Shown: positions 48,767 to 57,743 of the stretch, piece by piece
How the letters are laid out: each line of letters opens with the position of its first letter
Numbering within the stretch: position 1 is the first letter of the stretch
From: Rhabdothermincola salaria
Lineage (GTDB): Bacteria > Actinomycetota > Acidimicrobiia > Acidimicrobiales > Acidimicrobilacustridaceae
DNA: 64,000 bases
Reading direction: 5' to 3'
Assembly: GCF_021246445.1 (NCBI RefSeq)
Contig: NZ_JAJQXW010000001.1
Location: 922,068-986,067 of the forward strand
Notes under the pieces: model-generated
The model's database searches: none
What the model saw: only the letters and a program-made list of their open reading frames with translations
Told to the model about the DNA's origin: nothing
Program-made: the position numbers and the translations under genes

Positions 48767-49765
48767 ATGACCCACCGGTGGCTGCTCGCCCAGGCCGGCG
48801 ACGAGATCGCCGACGTGCAGGAACAAGCCCAGAGCTGGATCGACCGAGCCGTCGATTCACTGCCCCGCATCGGCATCGCCGTCGGGGTGCTCCTCGTCAT
48901 GTGGGGGGTCTCGGTCGGCGTCCGCCACCTGCTCGCCTACCGCTGGCGGCGCACGCGGACGCCCAGCTTCGCCGCCGTCATGTCCCGACTGGTCGGCTGG
49001 GTGATCGTCGGGCTGGGGATGTTGGTCGCCCTCGTTGTCGGCTTCCCGAGCATCGATCCCGTCGACATGGTCGCCGGCCTCGGCATCGTCTCGGTCGCGG
49101 CCGGCTTCGCCTTCCAGGACATCTTGTCCAACCTGTTGGCCGGTCTGCTCCTCATCGTCCGCCAGCCCTTCATCTCGGGCGATCAGATCGAGGTCGACGA
49201 CCACCACGGCACCGTCGAGGGCATCACCATCCGGGAGACCTCGATCACCACGTTCGACGGCCGCCGCGTCCTCATCCCCAACCGCGACGTCTACCAGGGG
49301 GCGGTCGTCATCCAGACCGCGCACCCGGCGGTGCGCAGCGAGCTGACCGTCGGTTGCAGCTACGACGACGACCTCGAGGTGGTGACGGCCACGGCCCTGA
49401 CGGCCCTGCGTTCGTGCCCCGGCGTCCTTCGCGAGCCACCTCCGGAGGCGTTGCTGTGCGAGTTCGGGGAGTCGACGATCACCCTCGAGCTCTGGTTCTG
49501 GAGCGACCCGCACCAGATCGAGGTCCGCCGCACCCAGCACCAGGTGGTGCTGGCGACGAAGGCCGCCTTCGACCGAGCCGGGCTCTCCATGCCCTGGCCG
49601 ATCGTCACCTTGCAGGCCGGGCCGTCGATGAGCAGAGCCCTGGGCGATGCGCCGGATGCGGCCGGGGACGACGATCCCCGTGATCGGGACGACGCGGGAC
49701 CTTCACCGTCGGCCCCGGGGGGCGACCCGGGTCAGGACAGCGAGGTGGCGAACAGGCCGTCGTAG
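48767..49765 (+). CDS. MscS small-conductance mechanosensitive channel
   Basis: GFAFQDILSNLLAG..PF..GDQI, DGRRVLIPN; start approximate. Confidence 0.88.
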   Translation: MTHRWLLAQAGDEIADVQEQAQSWIDRAVDSLPRIGIAVGVLLVMWGVSVGVRHLLAYRWRRTRTPSFAAVMSRLVGWVIVGLGMLVALVVGFPSIDPVDMVAGLGIVSVAAGFAFQDILSNLLAGLLLIVRQPFISGDQIEVDDHHGTVEGITIRETSITTFDGRRVLIPNRDVYQGAVVIQTAHPAVRSELTVGCSYDDDLEVVTATALTALRSCPGVLREPPPEALLCEFGESTITLELWFWSDPHQIEVRRTQHQVVLATKAAFDRAGLSMPWPIVTLQAGPSMSRALGDAPDAAGDDDPRDRDDAGPSPSAPGGDPGQDSEVANRPS

Positions 49766-50904
49766 GCGAGACCCCACGGTGGACGGAGGAAGCCGAGGGC
49801 GCGCACGTCCTCGAACCAGTGAGCGAAGGGCGACCGTTGCGAATAGGTCCCTCCCCCGAGGACCCGACCAAGGCGGCGCACGACGTCCTCGGCCAGCTCG
49901 GCCCCTGCCTGCTTGGCCCGCAGCGCCCCGTGGATGGCGACGGTGGGGTCTCCCGTCTCCGTCGCCCGGACGCCACCCTCGAAGGCCTGGACCATGAGCC
50001 AGTGCTCAGTCTCGGCTCGAGTCCACTCCACCTGCTCGTAGGCGCGGAGGTCCTGCGCCTTGGCGGCGATCGTCGGACGCGCGGTGGCCACCGCCTCGTC
50101 GACAAGACCCAGGATCACGGCCGTGAACAGGCACGAGATGTAGGCCCCGCTGTTCTGCGTCAGGTCGCTGAGCGGTCCGGGGTACGCCGCTCGGACGGCT
50201 GGCGCCCCCTCGAGGTCCATGGCGTGGCTCTGGGTGGCCTTCATGCCGGTCCCGTCCCACTCGGCGAGGAGGCGCATGCCGCCGGATCCGTCCCAGGAGC
50301 GGTCGCTCGTGTCGAGGACGAACAGCGACGGGCTGTCCTCGCCCTCTGCGACCGCGGTCGTGACCATGAAGTCGGCGATGCCCGAGCCGCTCCCGAAGTG
50401 CTTCTGACCCACCAGGCGATAGCCGTGTCCCGGCAGGCCCACGTCGACCGCCGGATCGGGCGTCGCAACCGTCCGCGTCCTCGAGATGTCGCCGCCACTG
50501 CCGGGCTCGGACGTGATCGTGCCCCACTGGGACCCGGACACGGCTGATGCGAAGACGGCCCGTCGCTGCTCGGCCCACTCCGATGCGTCCCCCTCTGCGG
50601 TCGCCGCCCAGTAGGCGAGGACGGCGGGGTGCATGGCGGCCACCAGCGCCACGGCGGGGTCGGCCCCGCCCAGATCTCGCAAGGCACCGGCCAAGGGGCG
50701 AACGGAGCGGACGACGTCCTCGAAGCCCCCACCGGCGACGACCGGCGCACACGCGGCGAGGAAGCCGGCGTCGGCCAGGGCGCGGAAGTCGGCAGGGTCG
50801 AGGTGGCGGCGGGTGAGGCGTTCGGCTCGTTGCTCGCGCCACTCGGTCGCGAGCGGTGCGACGGCGGCCTGCAACTCGGACATGGCGACCACGACATCCT
50901 CCAC
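49732..50904 (-). CDS. Acyl-CoA dehydrogenase-like flavoprotein
   Basis: SEPGSGGD, GQKHFGSG, WDGTGMKATQSH, LGG..FEDVR; start 50904 or 50883. Confidence 0.8.
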   Translation of the reverse strand: MEDVVVAMSELQAAVAPLATEWREQRAERLTRRHLDPADFRALADAGFLAACAPVVAGGGFEDVVRSVRPLAGALRDLGGADPAVALVAAMHPAVLAYWAATAEGDASEWAEQRRAVFASAVSGSQWGTITSEPGSGGDISRTRTVATPDPAVDVGLPGHGYRLVGQKHFGSGSGIADFMVTTAVAEGEDSPSLFVLDTSDRSWDGSGGMRLLAEWDGTGMKATQSHAMDLEGAPAVRAAYPGPLSDLTQNSGAYISCLFTAVILGLVDEAVATARPTIAAKAQDLRAYEQVEWTRAETEHWLMVQAFEGGVRATETGDPTVAIHGALRAKQAGAELAEDVVRRLGRVLGGGTYSQRSPFAHWFEDVRALGFLRPPWGLAYDGLFATSLS

Positions 50905-51197
50905 GACAGATCGTCATCCGACCGCTCCCAGCGTGCTCGCTCGGCATCGACCTGTCCACGACCAGCGTCGGGGATCGGCCCGCTCGACTCTCACCCGGCC
51001 CCCTCGTCGCCGCTTTCCGGCGACCTCGGAGCCCAGCGACCGCCCGCCGGGGCGGGCGCCGTTCGAGCCGATCTGGCAAAGGAGATGACCCAGGACCCTG
51101 GTGAGGACGGGTGCCGGGATCGACAGTCGAAGTAGGCGACCGGCCCTTCCGCCGTCCGAGCGGGCGGCGCTGGTCGACGCAGTGTCGGAGGTGCATC

Positions 51198-51977
51198 ATG
51201 CGCGCCCGCCCATCCGCCCGGGGTTCCCTGACCGAGCGTCAGGCAAGGGGTGGCGGCGCACCCTCGGCGGTTCGCTCCCACCGCTGGCGCCGACCCGGGC
51301 TGTTCGCCCTGCTCGTGCTCTCGCTCCTCGTTGTCGCCTCGTGCGACCCCAACCCCTACCAGGGGTCGCCGGACGGCCCCCAGCTGACCATCGTCGGCGA
51401 CAGCCTCGTCTGTGACATCGAACGCCAGGCCAACGACCGCTTCCTCTACGAGGGCTGGCACGTGTCGGTCACCGCGCTCGGCGGGTACACGGTGCAGGAC
51501 CACGAGGGCACGATCCGCAAGGTCGCGGCCACGAACCCACAGGTCGTGGTGATTGCGCTGGGCGCCAACGACATCCGCGAGATCAGCGAGGGGCTGCAGA
51601 CCTACGACGAGTACCGCCGCGACGTGCGCGTGACCCTCGACATCCTGCGCAACGTGCCGTTCCTCGTCTGGGTGGGTGTGACCACCACCAACGGCTACTG
51701 GGGGCCCGACGGGGACCACCGGGTCGTAGGACCGTGGATCAACCTCATCACCGTGGTCGAGCTGGCCGCATCCGGGCGGGTCCCGGGTACGACGCTCTAC
51801 GCCGACTGGGCCAGCGAGTCGGCTGGACGGATGGACTACTTCGTCGCTCCGGGGAACGTGCACCACTCGGCGCTGGGCTGCGCGGCCTACCTCGACCTCA
51901 TCGATCGTGCGGCCGCCTCGTTCCCGGGAAGCCCCATACAGCGGCCGCTGGACTCGGTGAGCGTCGGCCCTGGTTGA
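51198..51977 (+). CDS. SGNH/GDSL hydrolase lipoprotein, C-terminally truncated
   Basis: GGAGG SD, lipobox VASC, GDSL, GAND, N(D)VHH. Confidence 0.7.
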   Translation: MRARPSARGSLTERQARGGGAPSAVRSHRWRRPGLFALLVLSLLVVASCDPNPYQGSPDGPQLTIVGDSLVCDIERQANDRFLYEGWHVSVTALGGYTVQDHEGTIRKVAATNPQVVVIALGANDIREISEGLQTYDEYRRDVRVTLDILRNVPFLVWVGVTTTNGYWGPDGDHRVVGPWINLITVVELAASGRVPGTTLYADWASESAGRMDYFVAPGNVHHSALGCAAYLDLIDRAAASFPGSPIQRPLDSVSVGPG

Positions 51978-52253
51978 GCGCGGATCGTCGGGTGGGCGGC
52001 CGACCCCGACAGCACGACGACCGACATCCACCTCTACGTCGACAACCGTTGGGGCGGAGCGTTCACCGCCGACCGCCATCGCCCCGACGTGGCGCTCGCC
52101 CTCCCCCAGTTCGGGGCGTACCGGGGCTTCGACGTGACCTTCCCGGTGTCGTCGGGACCGCACACGATCTGCGTGTAGGCCATCGACCAGGGCCCCGATG
52201 CGCCGAACCTGCTGGTGGCGTGCCGTGAGACCTGGGTGTCATCGGCTGGCTGA
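51978..52253 (+). pseudogene. Decayed C-terminal beta-rich domain of the SGNH lipoprotein
   Basis: Same frame continues ARIVGWAADPD..IHLYVD..ADRHRPDV..GFD..HTICV*AI..LVACR, with in-frame stops at 51975 (TGA) and 52176 (TAG). Confidence 0.7.
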
Positions 52254-52468
52254 GCCGCCGACCGGTGGTGCCGCCACACATGGGGTGGCCGCCCCGGCCT
52301 TCGATCTGCACAAGCGGGCCGGCAGCCCTCTGACCAACCCGCTCGTCGAATGGAGCCTCCGCGTCGTCTTGGCCTGTGCGCAGGTCTCGCGGACGGCTCC
52401 CCCCCCCCTCCGGTCCCACGGGATTCGACCATCAGGCGATGCGCGGCAGCCGGCGCGGCGGCAGGCCC

Positions 52469-54304
52469 TCACCGGTGCGCCGCCGACGTGGCGACGCTCC
52501 CGTCGTGGCCGCCGAGGAGTTCGCTGTCTCGACGTTTGGACAGGCCTGCGTCATCGGTGAGGTAGGTCGTGGTGGAGGGGAAGGCGAATCCGCTGCCGGC
52601 GGCTTCGATGATCTCGTGGATCAGCAACAGCAGCTCCTGCTGCACTTCGGTGAACACGCTGTACCTGTCGGTGCCGATGTGGGCGCGGACTTCGATGTCG
52701 ATCGACGACGCCCCGAACCCGCAGACGCGCACCCGTGGGAAGTCCGTCTTGTCGAGCACCATGGGGTGAGATCGGAATCGGGCATCGATCGCGCTGACGA
52801 TCGTCCGCAGTTGGTCGACCGTGGTTTCGTATCGCACACCTACCGTGTGGACGAAGAGGATGTGGTTACGCTCGCTGTAGTTGGTCACCTTGGCCCGACT
52901 GAGGTCGGCGTTCGGCAAGGTCACCTGGGTGTCATCCAACCGTCGAATCCGCGTCGATCGTGGGCCGATCGCCTCGACGGTGCCGAACTCGTCGTCGACT
53001 CGAATGTCGTCGTGGACCCGGAACGGCTTGTCCAGATACACGGTGATGCCGCCGAGCAGATTCTCGAGTGTGCTCGTCGCCGCGAGTCCCACGGCGAGGC
53101 CGGCGACGCCGGCGCCAACCCCCAGCCCGATGGTTGGGACCCCGACGCGGGACAAGCCCATGAGTGCGAGAGAGAACGCGCCACCGAGACTGACCACCTT
53201 GGCGAGGAGGCGCAACAGGTGTGCGTCGATGCTCTCGTCGCGGATCGCCGGCGTGGCGATGATCCATTCGACGGCGAGCTTGGTGACGACCCAGAACGCC
53301 CAAGCCATCGACGCCCAGATCACCAACGTCACGAGGACATTGGCGATGGTTGCGGCGTTGCCGCTGTGGTTGACCTGCTCGTCCATGAATCGCCGAGCGA
53401 CCCCGATCAGGATGAGCAGTAGGACCGGCGTCGTCAGCTGGTGCACGTACCCGCTGAGTGTGCCTGGTGTGCCCCGGCTCCCGACCCACCGCTGCCAGAG
53501 CCCGATGGTCACTACGACCAAGCCGAGGACGACCACGTCGACGATCAACTTCCACAGCGGCGAGCCGAGAAAGTCGCGGTCGAACCCATCCGGGAGAGAA
53601 TCGACGAGGGAGCGCGGTACGAGATGGCCTGTGAAATTGGCCTCCTCCTGAACCCAGTTGCGGACCTCCACCTCCTCGTTGGGCGGGAGACCGTCGACGT
53701 CCTTGCGCCAACCGGGGAGCCGGGAGACGGTCTCTGCGGAGAAGACGTAGTCGTCGGCGCGCGCTCCCTCGTCGACGCGCGTGATCTTGATCTCCGTCCC
53801 CGGCAGCGTGTAGCCCGTGATTCCACCGCCGGTGAAGAGGAACGGAGCGTCGGTTTCGGGGAACGTGAACTCTTCGGTTGCCCGAGCGGCAGCCTCGACC
53901 TCTGCGGCGTCGGGGATCTCGTCGACAGCCGGTGGCGGGATGCGGTTCAGGATGTCAGCCAGGCTGGTGAAGGAGACCACGATCGCCTCGCCCTGATTCG
54001 CTTCGGACACCTCGGAGAAGTCGAACAGCTGCTCGGTCCTCTCCAGCGCCGAGTCGAACGCCGCTTGGTTTGCTTCGGAGCGGTCCTGCTCGTACGTGAG
54101 CAGGAGTTCTTCGAGGAGTTCGACCTGTGCCACGAACGACAGATAAGTGGCCTGCGGGCTTGACGTGTCCAGCGGCTCCAGCGGGTTCTCCTGCGCGTGC
54201 GCGGGAGACGGGCCGAGCAGGACTGCGGCGATCACGGCCAGCGCCGCCACGATCGTCACCCGGCGTGCCGAACCCACCGGCCCCATGATCTGCCGTCGAG
54301 TCAT
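52469..54304 (-). CDS. Large MscS family channel with exported N-terminal domain
   Basis: Signal peptide ..AHA, DTSSPQAT, GLAATSTLENLLGG..KPFRV.D, IGPRSTRIR, FAFPSTT; start 54304 or 54286. Confidence 0.85.
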   Translation of the reverse strand: MTRRQIMGPVGSARRVTIVAALAVIAAVLLGPSPAHAQENPLEPLDTSSPQATYLSFVAQVELLEELLLTYEQDRSEANQAAFDSALERTEQLFDFSEVSEANQGEAIVVSFTSLADILNRIPPPAVDEIPDAAEVEAAARATEEFTFPETDAPFLFTGGGITGYTLPGTEIKITRVDEGARADDYVFSAETVSRLPGWRKDVDGLPPNEEVEVRNWVQEEANFTGHLVPRSLVDSLPDGFDRDFLGSPLWKLIVDVVVLGLVVVTIGLWQRWVGSRGTPGTLSGYVHQLTTPVLLLILIGVARRFMDEQVNHSGNAATIANVLVTLVIWASMAWAFWVVTKLAVEWIIATPAIRDESIDAHLLRLLAKVVSLGGAFSLALMGLSRVGVPTIGLGVGAGVAGLAVGLAATSTLENLLGGITVYLDKPFRVHDDIRVDDEFGTVEAIGPRSTRIRRLDDTQVTLPNADLSRAKVTNYSERNHILFVHTVGVRYETTVDQLRTIVSAIDARFRSHPMVLDKTDFPRVRVCGFGASSIDIEVRAHIGTDRYSVFTEVQQELLLLIHEIIEAAGSGFAFPSTTTYLTDDAGLSKRRDSELLGGHDGSVATSAAHR

Positions 54305-54717
54305 CGGCGAAGCCGCGCCGAACTGATCGGTCTCGAGGCGTTCCTGACCACGAAGGAGATTGTGACTCATGGGAGCCGTGGCGCCGAAACCCGGCTTCGC
54401 CGACGAGGAGCAACGACGGGCGAGCGAATCGCCGAGCTGAACAGCGAGGTCGACCAGCTCCCCCGTCTGCTCATCTCGAACCGAGCGGTTCATGACCTGC
54501 ACCTCGAGACCGTGTGCCCACGGCAGTGCGAGACCGTCGACGTCTCCGTCGACGACGAGGTTGGATCGATCAGTCCCCGCAGCGTGCTCGAGCTGACGCA
54601 TGCCCAGCGACACCGGCGGGACAAGGGGCTCACAGGACGGTGTCGACAGACCGTTGACATCGGGCTGTTTCGGGGGCCGAGGCCGCCGCCCCTGCGGGCG
54701 GCTGACCTGCGGAATGT

Positions 54718-54795
54718 TGGTCGGGCTGGCGGGATTCGAACCCACGACCTTCGGTCCCCCAGACCGACGCGCTAACCAAGCTGCGCCACAGCCCG
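54718..54795 (-). tRNA. tRNA-Pro(GGG)
   Basis: CGGGCTG acceptor stem, D-loop AGCTTGGTTA, anticodon arm TCGGT-CTGGGGG-ACCGA, TTCGAAT T-loop, encoded CCA. Confidence 0.96.
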
Positions 54796-54808
54796 TGGAG
54801 GCGACACC

Positions 54809-56353
54809 CTAGCCGTCTCGCGCCACGGTCTCCGAATCGGCCGATCGGGCCCCGACCGCACCGGGACCGGCCCGGCGCACCTCGTGGGCCCCGGGGTCGA
54901 AGCGCCGGGTGCGCCACCAGTAGGACAGGGTGGATCCGGGCCACAGGGTGTCCACCCGACCATCGGCGGAGCGGTACCAGCTGTCGCAGCCCGACGCCCA
55001 CACCGTGCCCCGCATGCGGCGCTGCACGTCGGCGTAGGCCTCGGCCTGCACGTCGGCTCGCACCTCCACCACGTCGGCGTCCGCGCGTCGGAGGTGATCG
55101 AGCGCCGTGACCGCGTGGTGGAGCTGGGCCTCGATCATGAAGACGATCGAGTTGTGCCCGAGACCGGTGCTGGGGCCGGCGAGCAGGAACAGGTTGGGGA
55201 AACCGGCGACGGTGATGCCGAGGTGGGTGGCGGCCCCGTCGCGCCACGCCTCCGAGAGCTCCACCCCACCCCGGCCCACGACCCGCATGGGCGCGAGGAA
55301 GTCCGTGGCGGCGAACCCGGTGCCGAGGATCAACGTGTCCGCCGGGTGGTCGACGCCGTCGACCGTGCGCACCCCGGTGGCGGTCACCTGTTGGATGGGG
55401 TCGGTGACGAGCTCGACGTCGGAGCGGGCCAGCGTGGGGTACCAGTCGTCGGAGATGAGGAGCCGCTTGCACCCCGGCGTGATGGTGGGGGTGACCGCGG
55501 CCCGCAACGAGGGATCGTGGATGGACTCGGCGATGTGCTCGGTGCCCATCCGTCTCACCCGGTCGGTGACGCGAGGGTGGCCGAGGAAGGCCAGCACCAG
55601 CAGCTCTTGACGGGCGTAGATCCGCCAGCGGTGCAGCCGTTGCAGGACCGGGACCCGTCGGTAGAGCCGCCGCTTCCAGCCCGGCACGGGCCGATCCTCT
55701 CGCCCCACGACCCACGGTGCGGTGCGCTGGAACACCGTGACCAGCGAGGCCACCGGGGCGATCTCGGGCACGAACTGCACGGCGCTGGCGCCGGTGCCCA
55801 CGACCGCCACTCGTTCGCCGGTCAGATCGTGGGCGTGGTCCCAGCGAGCCGAGTGGAACACGGTGCCCTCGAAGTCGCCGAGGCCGGGGAGCTCGGGCAC
55901 GTGGGGCTGCGACAACGGGCCGGTGCCGTTGAGGACCACGTCGGCCACGAGCACCTCACCATCAGCGGTGTGGACCGCCCACGTGCCGTCGTGGTCGTCC
56001 CAGACCATCTCCGTCACGGTGGTGGCGAACCGGATCCGTCGGCGCAGGTCGTGGCGGTCGGTCGTGCGCTGCAGGTAGGCCTGGATCTCGGGCTGGCGGG
56101 GATAGGCCCGGGTCCAGTCCGGGTTCGGTTCGAAGGAGAACGAGTAGAGGTGGCTCGGGATGTCGCAGGCGCAACCCGGATAGGTGTTGTCCCTCCAGGT
56201 GCCGCCCACCTCGTCCGCCGCCTCCAGGACCACCACGTCGTCGTGGCCGGCCGCCACCAGCTCGATGGCGGCGCCGAGCCCGGCGAAGCCGGCGCCGATC
56301 ACCACGATGCGCAGTGGCCGCCTCCTCGGGCGTCCGGTCAGCTCAGGAACCAC
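54809..56353 (-). CDS. Flavin-containing (Baeyer-Villiger-type) monooxygenase
   Basis: GAGFAG, GGTW..N.YPG..CD, FEGTVFHSARWD fingerprint, GTGASA; start approximate. Confidence 0.9.
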   Translation of the reverse strand: MVPELTGRPRRRPLRIVVIGAGFAGLGAAIELVAAGHDDVVVLEAADEVGGTWRDNTYPGCACDIPSHLYSFSFEPNPDWTRAYPRQPEIQAYLQRTTDRHDLRRRIRFATTVTEMVWDDHDGTWAVHTADGEVLVADVVLNGTGPLSQPHVPELPGLGDFEGTVFHSARWDHAHDLTGERVAVVGTGASAVQFVPEIAPVASLVTVFQRTAPWVVGREDRPVPGWKRRLYRRVPVLQRLHRWRIYARQELLVLAFLGHPRVTDRVRRMGTEHIAESIHDPSLRAAVTPTITPGCKRLLISDDWYPTLARSDVELVTDPIQQVTATGVRTVDGVDHPADTLILGTGFAATDFLAPMRVVGRGGVELSEAWRDGAATHLGITVAGFPNLFLLAGPSTGLGHNSIVFMIEAQLHHAVTALDHLRRADADVVEVRADVQAEAYADVQRRMRGTVWASGCDSWYRSADGRVDTLWPGSTLSYWWRTRRFDPGAHEVRRAGPGAVGARSADSETVARDG

Positions 56354-56538
56354 TGCACGCCCTCGACGACCCGCCACCCCAGGTAGAGGACCAGCGCCAC
56401 CACGAGCACCCAGAAGTGCCACGGCGCCCGGCCGGACTTCGGTGGCTCGGCGATGGGACGACCACAGGTCGGGCACGCGCCGTCCGGGGGCATGGAGTTC
56501 GGGCTCCAGAACTTGTCGCAGTCCTCACAGAACGGCAA
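56338..56538 (-). CDS. Small Zn-ribbon membrane protein (66 aa)
   Basis: CEDC..CPTC plus C-terminal TM helix PWHFWVLVVALVLYLGWR; GAGG SD before TTG. Confidence 0.7.
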   Translation of the reverse strand: MPFCEDCDKFWSPNSMPPDGACPTCGRPIAEPPKSGRAPWHFWVLVVALVLYLGWRVVEGVQWFLS

Positions 56539-56600
56539 GGGGACCTCGTTGCGGGGGGTGTCCGGCGACGCGCACCGGGCCCGATGCCGGGCCCGAGGCT

Positions 56601-57677
56601 TCAGGTCCGTCGGATGGCGAGGATGGCGACGTCATCTTGCAGGGGTCCGCTCGAGAAGTCGCTGGCCGCCTCGAGCAGGGACTTGCACAGTACGTCGGGC
56701 CCCGCCCCGGGATCACGTCTGACGATCTGGGCGATGCGGTCCTCGCCGAACAGGTGCTCGCCATCTCGGACCTCCGACAGGCCGTCGGTGTAGAGCAGGC
56801 AGAGATCGCCGGGTTCGAGGGTGACCTCACGACTGGTGAACTCCGCGCCGGCGTCGAGCATCAAGATGGGGCCGGTGGCCCGCAGGGGGCGCAGGTCGCG
56901 GTCGTGCCACATCCACGCCGCGGGATGTCCCGCCGACGCGAAGCGCAGCGTGCCGGCGGCGGTGTCGAACACCACGACGCACAGCGAGATGAACTCCTCG
57001 GGCCCCCCGACGGCGGTGATCTGGGCGTTGAGCTCCTCGAGCGCCTGGGCCGGATCGCGGTACTGGCGCAGGAAGACCCGCAACAGGTACTTGGCCTGGA
57101 AGGCGGTGATCGCCGGTTCGATCCCGTGCCCCGACACGTCGCCGATCACGGCCGCCATGCGGGTCGGGCTCAACCGGATCAGGTCGTAGAAGTCACCGGC
57201 CATGAGGCCGTCACCGGGCTGGTAGACCCGGCCGATCTCGAACCCCTCGAAGGCGGGCAGGCTCTCGGGGGCGAGACGTTCGGCCCAGCGGCGGGGGGCC
57301 AGCTCGTCCTGGGTCAGCACCTCTTGGGCCCGCCGTTCGAGCTCGCTGCGGGCCTGCGCCACCCGCGCCTCGGCGACGAAGTTGCGGCCGAGCACCACCG
57401 AGACGATGGCCGGCACGGCGAGCGCGAACAGGGCCAGGGACTCGAAGCGGCCGGCCCGCCAGGCGAAGACCAGCGCCACGCCGGCGATGAGCAGGTAGGT
57501 GGCCGAGGACAGGGCGTCCTTACGGAAGTCGGATCGCACCAGGGTGAGCGTCTCGGGATCACCCTCGGCGTTCTCGAGGCGGCGCAGCTGGCGCAGCCGA
57601 TAGCGCGCCGACCGGGCCCACACCACGGCCGCCACCAAGCCGGCCAACGTCACGACGACGAGGAGGGGCTGGTCCAT
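56601..57677 (-). CDS. Membrane-bound PP2C/SpoIIE (RsbU-like) phosphatase
   Basis: Three TM helices; AGDFYD, GDVSGHG, SAGHP, YTDGL, QDDVA. Confidence 0.9.
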   Translation of the reverse strand: MDQPLLVVVTLAGLVAAVVWARSARYRLRQLRRLENAEGDPETLTLVRSDFRKDALSSATYLLIAGVALVFAWRAGRFESLALFALAVPAIVSVVLGRNFVAEARVAQARSELERRAQEVLTQDELAPRRWAERLAPESLPAFEGFEIGRVYQPGDGLMAGDFYDLIRLSPTRMAAVIGDVSGHGIEPAITAFQAKYLLRVFLRQYRDPAQALEELNAQITAVGGPEEFISLCVVVFDTAAGTLRFASAGHPAAWMWHDRDLRPLRATGPILMLDAGAEFTSREVTLEPGDLCLLYTDGLSEVRDGEHLFGEDRIAQIVRRDPGAGPDVLCKSLLEAASDFSSGPLQDDVAILAIRRT

Positions 57678-57743
57678 ACGGCAGCGAGCGTAGTGCCGGG
57701 GTGTGACCCCCATCGGCCCCACCACGCAGCGTGGCGGGCCGGC

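Larger units (their letters stand above)
49732..54717. mobile_element. Possible degraded genomic islet at the tRNA-Pro 3' end
   Basis: Visibly more A/T-ending codons, a pseudogenised domain, accessory genes, abuts the tRNA 3' end; no integrase or att duplicate found; left boundary uncertain. Confidence 0.4.

Noticed and set aside
51975..52178. Selenocysteine or pyrrolysine recoding of in-frame TGA/TAG
   Set aside because: Two different stops at non-catalytic positions and no recoding machinery in the window; decay is simpler.
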